Of a stretch of 64,000 nucleotides of DNA, positions 56,754 through 64,000 are shown piece by piece. Under the pieces are notes generated by a model, which was given only the letters and a program-made list of their open reading frames with translations, was not told the origin of the DNA and did not search any database. Each line of letters starts with the position of its first letter. The stretch's first letter is position 1. Source of the stretch: Candidatus Nanopelagicus sp. (GTDB lineage Bacteria; Actinomycetota; Actinomycetes; Nanopelagicales; Nanopelagicaceae); NCBI GenBank assembly GCA_964203335.1, contig CAXNKX010000002.1, positions 113,207 through 177,206 of the forward strand, read 5' to 3'. Made by a program: the position numbers and the translations under genes.

Positions 56754-58396
56754 GTGATGGACCGTTAATAGTTCAAAGCGATAAGACACTTTTACTTGAT
56801 ATTGATCATATTCTCTCCGATGAATGTCGTAGAGCGATTGCAGCATTCGCTGAGCTTGAGAAATCGCCAGAACACATTCACACTTACCGACTTACTCCAC
56901 TAGGGCTATGGAATGCCAGGGCATCAGGTCATGATGCTGAACAAGTCATCGATATATTAATTAAGTATTCAAGGTATGCAGTTTCACATTCTCTTTTAGT
57001 TGATATCGCAGAGACTATGTCTCGCTATGGGCGCCTGCGCCTTGAAGCACATCCAGTCCATGGTTTGATTTTGGTATCTAATGACCCAGCAGTTTTGAAA
57101 GAAGTAACACGTGGTAAAAAGGTTGCACCAATGCTTGGTTTGCAATTAGATGAAGAAACTATTGTTGTTCACCCAGGTCAACGTGGTTTCTTAAAGCAAG
57201 CTTTACTTAAATTAGGTTGGCCGGCTGAAGATTTTGCAGGTTATGTTGATGGTGAACACCATGAAATTTCTTTAAGACAAGATGGTTGGAAGATCCGTAA
57301 GTACCAAGAGTTAGCTGCGGAAGGATTCTGGCATGGTGGTTCAGGTGTTGTAGTACTACCTTGCGGAGCTGGGAAAACAATTGTTGGCGCAGCGGCAATG
57401 GCACACGCTAAAGCAACTACTTTAATTTTGGTAACAAATACTGTGGCAGCTCGCCAATGGCGAGAAGAATTACTTAGAAGAACTGATTTAAATGAGGATG
57501 ATATTGGTGAATATAGCGGTGCTAAAAAAGAAATTAGGCCAGTAACAATTGCTACATATCAAGTTATGACTACTAAAAAGGGTGGAGTTTATGCCCACCT
57601 TGATTTATTCGATGCAATTGACTGGGGATTAATTATTTATGATGAAGTGCATTTATTACCAGCACCAATATTTAGATTTACTGCAGATATCCAGTCCCGC
57701 CGCCGATTAGGACTTACTGCAACCCTAGTTCGCGAAGATGGTATGGAGGGTGAAGTTTTTTCACTCATTGGGCCAAAAAGATTTGATGTTCCTTGGAAAG
57801 AAATTGAAGCGCAAGGTTATATAGCACCTGCTGATTGCGTTGAGGTGAGAATTACTCTCACTGATGAAGAGCGATTAAATTATGCAACCGCTGAGCAGGA
57901 AGATCGCTACCGGTTTTGCTCAACATCTCAAACGAAGAAAGCAGTAGCAATTGCATTAGCTAAACAACATTCAAATGATCAGGTTCTTGTAATTGGACAA
58001 TATATTGATCAGCTCGATCAACTTTCAGAAGCACTAGGTGTACCGGTTATAAAAGGTGATACTCCAATTAAAGAGCGTGAGCGACTTTATGCTTTATTCC
58101 GAAGTGGTGAAGTCAAATGTCTAGTAGTTTCAAAGGTTGCTAACTTTTCAATTGATCTACCCGAAGCAACTATTGCTATTCAAGTCTCTGGGACTTTTGG
58201 TTCAAGACAAGAGGAAGCACAGCGACTTGGTCGAATTCTTCGCCCTAAAGCAGATGGTAGAGGAGCGCGTTTTTATTCACTCGTAGCGCGGGACACTATC
58301 GATCAAGATTTTGCTCAAAACCGGCAAAGGTTTCTTGCTGAACAAGGATATGCATATCGCATTATTGATGCGGATGAAATTATTAATAAAAACTAA
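56750..58396 (+). CDS. xpb: DNA repair helicase XPB (ERCC3/Ssl2 family)
   Basis: VLPCGAGKT, DEVH, LGLTATLVRED (RED motif), QEEAQRLGRILRPK. Confidence 0.96.
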   Translation: MSDGPLIVQSDKTLLLDIDHILSDECRRAIAAFAELEKSPEHIHTYRLTPLGLWNARASGHDAEQVIDILIKYSRYAVSHSLLVDIAETMSRYGRLRLEAHPVHGLILVSNDPAVLKEVTRGKKVAPMLGLQLDEETIVVHPGQRGFLKQALLKLGWPAEDFAGYVDGEHHEISLRQDGWKIRKYQELAAEGFWHGGSGVVVLPCGAGKTIVGAAAMAHAKATTLILVTNTVAARQWREELLRRTDLNEDDIGEYSGAKKEIRPVTIATYQVMTTKKGGVYAHLDLFDAIDWGLIIYDEVHLLPAPIFRFTADIQSRRRLGLTATLVREDGMEGEVFSLIGPKRFDVPWKEIEAQGYIAPADCVEVRITLTDEERLNYATAEQEDRYRFCSTSQTKKAVAIALAKQHSNDQVLVIGQYIDQLDQLSEALGVPVIKGDTPIKERERLYALFRSGEVKCLVVSKVANFSIDLPEATIAIQVSGTFGSRQEEAQRLGRILRPKADGRGARFYSLVARDTIDQDFAQNRQRFLAEQGYAYRIIDADEIINKN

Positions 58397-58629
58397 GATT
58401 TAATTGCTTTAGTAAATCTATCAATATCAACTCGCCAATAATCATGGATTTTATTGTCTATCATAATGACCGGAACTTGCTCACCATACTCTTGCTCTAA
58501 TTCTGGTAGGTCATTAATTAGTTTTATCTCTAAATCAAATTGAAGTTGCTCTTTTACTAAATTAATTTTATCTATTGCAATTTCACATAGGTGACACCCA
58601 ATACGTGATATAACTGTTACCTTCCTCAT
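58393..58629 (-). CDS. Glutaredoxin-like protein (DUF836 type)
   Basis: GCHLCE, YGEQVPVIMID. Confidence 0.88.
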   Translation of the reverse strand: MRKVTVISRIGCHLCEIAIDKINLVKEQLQFDLEIKLINDLPELEQEYGEQVPVIMIDNKIHDYWRVDIDRFTKAIKS

Positions 58630-58712
58630 TTAACTCCCAGAATAACCCTAATCACACCACAGATACTTAAAAGTGGCACTAATGAACCTGCTCAGAATGT
58701 TAGCCTAGCGCG

Positions 58713-61061
58713 GTGCGTATAAAGCGATTTTTGTTATCAATTGGATTATTAATAGCTGTTATAGCTATACCAATTCCAAGTGCGAATGCTTTAGCAGTAA
58801 AAGTTGCCCCTGCTGGGTGGACATATCTATATGTCAGCGATGCACCTGCTAAAAGTCCCGCTATCCCAAGAGTATTTTCAGCAAATTTAGAGAAGAAAAG
58901 TAATTTTATTCCTATCTACAACAACGTGCCGGAGTTTGCCAAGGCATCTATCCAAAAAGCGATTGATACTTGGTCTGAAAATTTTGCATCTAAAGTCCCA
59001 GTAAATGTAAATGTTACTTGGACTAAAGCACCTAACTCATCAGTATTAGCTTCTGCTAGTGCTAAAAATATATTTTCTAATTTTAATGGTGCACCAGATA
59101 AAACTCTCTACTACCCGTCGGCTCTTGCTAATGCGCTAGCTGGCATTGACTTAGACACCGCTGAACCTGAACTAGAAGTAAATGTGTCAGCTGGTGATTT
59201 TTGGTATTACGGATTAGATGGTAAGTGCCCAACAAATAAATATGATTTAGTCTCAGTCATTTTGCATGAAATGGCACACGGATTAGGTTTTATGTCAGGA
59301 ACCTACTATGACTCTGCAACTAAAGTTGGAAGATTTCTTCAACCAACAGCTTTTGACGCTTATGCTCAACTTCCAGATGGTAGGCGATTAGTTGACTTGC
59401 CTTCACCTTCAATAGAAATGGGTTCAGCAATTACCTCAACTTTATATTGGTCAGGTGCCAATGGTGTGAAAGCAAATAATGATGTTAAGCCATTATTGTT
59501 TACTCCAGCTATTTACGAACAAGGATCATCATTAAGTCATCTAGATGAAAAGACATTTTCTAATACAGCTGAAAATGCGGTTATGACTCCAAATTTAAGT
59601 GCTGGTGAGGTATTTCATTTACCAGGCGCTTTATTACTTGCAATGTTTGAAGATTTAAGAATGAAACCACCTGTTGGTAAAGCAACAGGGCTACCAGGCT
59701 CTGTCCAAAACGTTAGGGCATTAGTAGGTGATAAAAGTGCGATTATTAAATTTGATCCACCTGCTGATTTTAGATTTGCTCAAATAGATAGTTATATTGT
59801 TGAGAATTTACAAACGGGTGAAACTACTAAGATAATTGAGAGCCCAGTTATAATTAGTGGTCTTAAGAATGGAAGTAAATACACATTCTCAGTTAAAGCT
59901 ACAAATAGCGCTGGTTCATCTGAGGCAGCTAAATCAAATCAAATTACTCCTCAATCTACTTGGAAAAGTACAGTTATAGATGCAAGTGCTGATGCAAAAT
60001 ATATTGCCTCAACAACTTATCTTGGTAAGCCAGTCATAGCTTATAGTGAGAGTAAGAGTGGCGATTTAAAACTTGCCACATACTCAAATAATAAATGGGT
60101 TATTAAAACAATTGATGGAAATGCTGACGTCTCTGGAAAAACTCTGAATAATGTCTCTGGACATATTTCACTCTGCACATCAGTTGTTGGGAAAATTAGT
60201 TATCTACATGTTTTCTATGCTGATCTAACTAATAAAGATCTAAAGTACGCACTTTACAATGGTAAAACTTGGAAGTATGAGACTGTCGACGGTGATGGTT
60301 TAGTCGCACAAGATTACAAAGAAGTTAATAGAGTAAGAGGTGCTTCTGATGTTTCTATTTCCAATGCTTGCTCTGTAACTAATAACAGTGTTCAAGTTTT
60401 TTACCGCGATGAATCCCAAGGTATATTACTTGGTGCAGTCAAAGAAAATGGAAAGTGGCTATATGAAATAGTTGATGGTGACAAAGACACTGATAATAGA
60501 ACTACTGGAGATGTTGCTTTTCATATGAAAGCTGTAACTGTTGGAAAAAAGATTAATTTAATTTATGACTCAGTAAAAGGCTTTGATGCAGAAAAAAATA
60601 TAACAAGAGGTGAAGTCAGATTCGCAACGCGAAGTTCTACCTCTAGTTTAGATTGGCAGTATAAAACTTTAGATGCACCTAGTGAGCGTACGTACGCTGT
60701 TGGTTATGATGTCTCGATTTTGAATAGTTCGAAAGGTTTAGTTGCTGGTTGGTTTACCGCTAGTGGTTTTACTTACCCAAACCCAGATCAAGTTAAATAC
60801 CAAGAAATTAACGAAACGGAGGGTTTAAGTGTGAAAGCTGATGAGTTTGGAACTCTTCACTCAGCAATTTCTGCCGATGAAAAAACCGTCTTATTTAGTT
60901 GTGAACTTAGATTATGTGTATTAAATAAAGCTAGCAAAGTAATTAGTTTAGTTTCAAAAAGCAGTATCCAGAAAGGTAGTCAGATTAATTGGGTTATAGT
61001 TAATAAGACCAAATACGCCATTGCTGGCGTGGGTTATAAGTTAACTATTTTTAAACCTTAG
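58713..61061 (+). CDS. Secreted zinc metalloprotease-like protein with FN3 domain and C-terminal beta-repeat domain
   Basis: Signal peptide ending ANA; HEMAHGLGF; FN3 (ISGLKNGSKYTFSVKATNSAG); repeated L..A.....W....VDG units. Confidence 0.75.
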   Translation: MRIKRFLLSIGLLIAVIAIPIPSANALAVKVAPAGWTYLYVSDAPAKSPAIPRVFSANLEKKSNFIPIYNNVPEFAKASIQKAIDTWSENFASKVPVNVNVTWTKAPNSSVLASASAKNIFSNFNGAPDKTLYYPSALANALAGIDLDTAEPELEVNVSAGDFWYYGLDGKCPTNKYDLVSVILHEMAHGLGFMSGTYYDSATKVGRFLQPTAFDAYAQLPDGRRLVDLPSPSIEMGSAITSTLYWSGANGVKANNDVKPLLFTPAIYEQGSSLSHLDEKTFSNTAENAVMTPNLSAGEVFHLPGALLLAMFEDLRMKPPVGKATGLPGSVQNVRALVGDKSAIIKFDPPADFRFAQIDSYIVENLQTGETTKIIESPVIISGLKNGSKYTFSVKATNSAGSSEAAKSNQITPQSTWKSTVIDASADAKYIASTTYLGKPVIAYSESKSGDLKLATYSNNKWVIKTIDGNADVSGKTLNNVSGHISLCTSVVGKISYLHVFYADLTNKDLKYALYNGKTWKYETVDGDGLVAQDYKEVNRVRGASDVSISNACSVTNNSVQVFYRDESQGILLGAVKENGKWLYEIVDGDKDTDNRTTGDVAFHMKAVTVGKKINLIYDSVKGFDAEKNITRGEVRFATRSSTSSLDWQYKTLDAPSERTYAVGYDVSILNSSKGLVAGWFTASGFTYPNPDQVKYQEINETEGLSVKADEFGTLHSAISADEKTVLFSCELRLCVLNKASKVISLVSKSSIQKGSQINWVIVNKTKYAIAGVGYKLTIFKP

Positions 61062-61067
61062 TAAAAA

Positions 61068-61166
61068 CTATTTTGCGTTACGGCGTTGAATTCTGGTTCT
61101 CTTTAAAAGTTTCTTATGTTTCTTTTTTGCCATTCGTTTACGACGCTTTTTAATAACTGAACCCAT
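61068..61166 (-). CDS. 30S ribosomal protein bS22 (AURKAIP1/COX24 family)
   Basis: Manual translation [32 protein letters not shown] (32 aa); AAGGAG RBS; missed by the ORF track. Confidence 0.96.
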   Translation of the reverse strand: MGSVIKKRRKRMAKKKHKKLLKRTRIQRRNAK

Positions 61167-61205
61167 TTTGCTCCTTTAGATAAGTTTACTAATTATGTTA
61201 GTTTA

Positions 61206-62429
61206 CTAGTTAATCACTACTAAACCAAAACTTACACCCGAGTCCGTGATTAATACTGTTCCTATTTCATTATTTACTGCGATTGCAACCGCTGGAGCAG
61301 AAAGTTTATAGGAATTTAGTACCTCCCCTTTTTTGCCAAGCTCTAAAACAACCGGAGTTGGAATTTTTGGCTTCCAAGCCGAAACTGACTTAATCTGCCC
61401 ACTTGAAATAAAACTAGCCCAAGAATTTTTACCTGACGCCACTAGAGCACTTGATTTCGCTGAGTATCTAACATTCCAAATTGGTTTATTTATTGCAGAA
61501 AACTTTGTTATCGCAGCTTCAGTTCTATTTGAATATGTAACTTTTCCACCCTGTAATAGTCCAGTGCTAATTGAACTCCAGTTTCTTGTTGTACTTTTTA
61601 AAGTTGCTCTACCAACTACTTGTAATACTCCAGATGAGGAAACTTTCATTGTTATGGCATCCAACTTACTTAAAGCCTTTGTTTTAAGAAGCTGATCCCC
61701 GCTCGTTCCCACCAAAGTAAAGCTGGCATCTGAGTTAATTATTGCTGAACTTAACTGAGTTGTTTTTACACCATATTTAATTTTAGGTGAAAAAGTCCCG
61801 AATTTATTCGCACTTATGTAAAACCCTGAAACATCACTTTTATTATAAGAGTTACCGAATATTACTAAGTTAGCACCTGAAATTAAGATTTTTCTTGGAT
61901 TAATTATGCTTTCTGAAATGAATTCAAATGTATTTAGTAAATTTCCATTACTGCTAATTTGCCATAATTTAATTCGGTTAAGTGGTGAATTCTTAACTTG
62001 AACTGGCTCAGGTACAACATTATCCGGATTTAATACCTGTCCGGTAGCCGGTGTTGGCACCTGTGTAAGCAATGATGTTGATGCTCCTAAAACCCAGATA
62101 CTGCCATCAGTATCAAGTGCAGCTGATGTGGCAATTTCATTTTCAACACCTCCTAATCGTAAATTCCAAAGTGGTGCACCAAGTGAGGAGTAACTAGCTA
62201 TAAATCCATCACTTGCGCCACCAAGATTTCCACTTACCCAAGGGGAGTTAGGAGATTCAGTTGTGCCAATTAAAATAACACTCACTGGAGTTAAGGCAAC
62301 ATCACTCACCTGATCAGATTTTGAATATGGTAGTTCTATTAATGCTTTCGTGCTTTTTACTACTACTGCATTAGCGGTAGATGGTTGTAAAGAAAAAATC
62401 AATAAAAATGTAAGAAAAACTCTTTTCAA
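61206..62429 (-). CDS. Secreted hypothetical protein, probable beta-propeller
   Basis: Signal peptide ending ANA; GGASDGFIASYSSLGAPLWNLRLGG..E.ATS..LD.DGSIWVLG resembles an SBBP-type blade. Confidence 0.65.
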   Translation of the reverse strand: MKRVFLTFLLIFSLQPSTANAVVVKSTKALIELPYSKSDQVSDVALTPVSVILIGTTESPNSPWVSGNLGGASDGFIASYSSLGAPLWNLRLGGVENEIATSAALDTDGSIWVLGASTSLLTQVPTPATGQVLNPDNVVPEPVQVKNSPLNRIKLWQISSNGNLLNTFEFISESIINPRKILISGANLVIFGNSYNKSDVSGFYISANKFGTFSPKIKYGVKTTQLSSAIINSDASFTLVGTSGDQLLKTKALSKLDAITMKVSSSGVLQVVGRATLKSTTRNWSSISTGLLQGGKVTYSNRTEAAITKFSAINKPIWNVRYSAKSSALVASGKNSWASFISSGQIKSVSAWKPKIPTPVVLELGKKGEVLNSYKLSAPAVAIAVNNEIGTVLITDSGVSFGLVVIN

Positions 62430-63238
62430 GCAAGCTCCTGTGCACGTTTTTTTGCTGCAGTCATTGCATCTAAAACTATTTTTTCTAGATCCTTATCTGT
62501 GAAAACCGAAAGTGCTGCTGCGGTTGTGCCATTTGGGCTAGTTACATTTTTTCTAAGTGTAGTTGCATCAAGCCCACTCTCTTTAAGCATGGCAGCTGAG
62601 CCAGAGATAGTTCCTATCGCAAGTTGTGTGGCAATTTCATTAGTTAGCCCTAGTTTCACACCAGCATTAATCATTGCCTCAACAAAACTAAAAAAGTAGG
62701 CAGGGCCTGAACCACTAAGTGCGGTAACCGCATCTTGATTAGACTCACTAACTTCAACAACTAATCCACTATTTGATAGTAAATTTTTAGCTAAAGATAA
62801 ATCAGCTCCCGAAGCATTTGCTCCTGGTGAAATGGCGGATACTCCCTTACCTATTTGAGCAGGAGTATTTGGCATAACGCGAATAACTGGATTCTTTGTT
62901 TTTAATTGGCTTTCAATAAATTTAGTAGTTTTACCCGCAGCAATTGAAATCAATAAGGCACTATCACTTAATGTTTCACTTAACTCTGATAAAGCTGAAC
63001 TTAAATCTTGTGGTTTAACTGCTAAGAAAATTACATCACAGCTTTGTCCTATTTCCTGAATACTTACTAAGTTAACCTTGTACTGATCCTTTACCTGTTT
63101 AGCTTTGTCATCACTCTTCTCGTTTACGTAAATTTGAGCGGCATTAATAGAGTTAGAGATTAAACTTTTTATTAGCGCTGCCCCCATAACGCCAGCCCCA
63201 ATGAAGCCAATGGATTTATTGTCGGCTTGTGTTTTCAT
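62426..63238 (-). CDS. proC: Pyrroline-5-carboxylate reductase
   Basis: IGFIGAGVMG, LAVKPQ, RVMPNTP, ALSGSGPAY, VTSPNGTT. Confidence 0.98.
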   Translation of the reverse strand: MKTQADNKSIGFIGAGVMGAALIKSLISNSINAAQIYVNEKSDDKAKQVKDQYKVNLVSIQEIGQSCDVIFLAVKPQDLSSALSELSETLSDSALLISIAAGKTTKFIESQLKTKNPVIRVMPNTPAQIGKGVSAISPGANASGADLSLAKNLLSNSGLVVEVSESNQDAVTALSGSGPAYFFSFVEAMINAGVKLGLTNEIATQLAIGTISGSAAMLKESGLDATTLRKNVTSPNGTTAAALSVFTDKDLEKIVLDAMTAAKKRAQELA

Positions 63239-63294
63239 ACATCAAGCCTACCCAATTAGTCATTAACCTCACTTAACCCTTAAACTGCCGCTCT

Positions 63295-64000
63295 ATGGCA
63301 ACGACAAAAAGACCAAAATCTAAGTTATCCAAGAATGAAGTAGCTGCTAATTTTGTGCGGGATTGGGTTGAATTTACTAACCCAGCAAATCCTGAGGAAA
63401 TATTTAAGTGCGATATGACTTGGTTGACCTCATACTGGCAATGTATTTATGGAAATGGCTGTTGCGGTATTGATGCCGATAAGCCTGACGCCGGTTGTTG
63501 CTCTGATGGTGCTTATTACACCAGCAAAGATGATGAAGCTAGGGTATTAAAAGCTGCTAAGAAATTAACAAAGGCGCAATGGCAATTTTATGATCAAGCG
63601 CGTCCAAAAAAATCCGGTGGAAAGTTACAAATTAGTGAAATTGGTCTAGATAAAGAACTTAAAACAAAGAAAATTAAAGACTCGTGTATTTTTCTAAACC
63701 GAGTAGGCCATGAAGCTCCTGGTTACTCTGGTTCATTTGGATGCGCACTTCATCACCTTGCAGAGAGCGAAGGAGTACATGTAGTAGATACAAAGCCTGA
63801 CATTTGTTGGCAACTGCCACTTCGCCGTTCTTGGGAAACTCGTGAATTAGGCGGTAAAGATATAACTGTTGTGGTTATTGGTGAATACGAAAGATTAGCT
63901 TGGGGTGAAGGTGGTGAGGACTTTGATTGGTATTGCACAAGTAACTCAGAGGCACACACTGGAAAGATTCCGGTTTATCAATCAAGTAAGGCTGAATTAG
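63295..64000 (+). CDS. Cys-rich conserved actinobacterial protein (Rv0495c/DUF3109-like), partial
   Basis: Open frame from ATG 63295 to the window end: DWVEF..KCDMTWLTSYWQCIYGNGCCGI..GCCSDGA..CIFLNR..GCALH..KPDICWQLPLRR. Confidence 0.8.
   Translation, partial: MATTKRPKSKLSKNEVAANFVRDWVEFTNPANPEEIFKCDMTWLTSYWQCIYGNGCCGIDADKPDAGCCSDGAYYTSKDDEARVLKAAKKLTKAQWQFYDQARPKKSGGKLQISEIGLDKELKTKKIKDSCIFLNRVGHEAPGYSGSFGCALHHLAESEGVHVVDTKPDICWQLPLRRSWETRELGGKDITVVVIGEYERLAWGEGGEDFDWYCTSNSEAHTGKIPVYQSSKAEL

Noticed and set aside
53497-58396. WYL plus helicase as an anti-phage defence island
   Set aside because: No nuclease, methylase or mobile context; composition matches the core genome and the XPB pair is a widespread chromosomal locus.
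1-64000. CRISPR arrays, rRNA, metabolite riboswitches, IS elements
   Set aside because: No spaced direct repeats, rRNA signatures, recognisable aptamers or transposases seen; intergenic spaces are nearly all too short.

Overview
Gene-dense, AT-rich (roughly 40% GC by eye) chromosome segment of a streamlined actinobacterium. Protein sequences and gene order fit the freshwater acI lineage (Nanopelagicales); this assignment is inference. 1-21 kb, mostly minus strand: translation/transcription core (rplC partial, rpsJ, tuf, fusA, rpsG, rpsL, rpoC, rpoB, rplL, rplJ, rplA, rplK, nusG, secE, tRNA-Trp, aminotransferase, murB, rpmG, tRNA-Met, tRNA-Thr). 21-23 kb: two glycosyltransferase-like genes between tRNA-Thr and tRNA-Tyr. 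23-53 kb: respiratory supercluster (polyprenyl synthase, nuoA-N, menG/F/D/C/B/E/A, system II cytochrome c maturation). 53-64 kb: operon of an XPB-partner/WYL protein, an M20 peptidase and XPB helicase, then a glutaredoxin-like gene, two secreted proteins, bS22, proC and a partial Cys-rich protein. No CRISPR, IS element or prophage seen. Main observations: (1) the XPB partner shares a domain with XPB's own N-terminus, like p52-XPB in TFIIH, and carries a WYL-like domain; (2) heme biosynthesis genes and menJ are absent from their usual syntenic positions; (3) seven +1 frameshifts cluster in 22.7-29.2 kb, probably assembly errors; (4) structured leaders precede rpsL and rpmG; (5) at least eight genes look leaderless.
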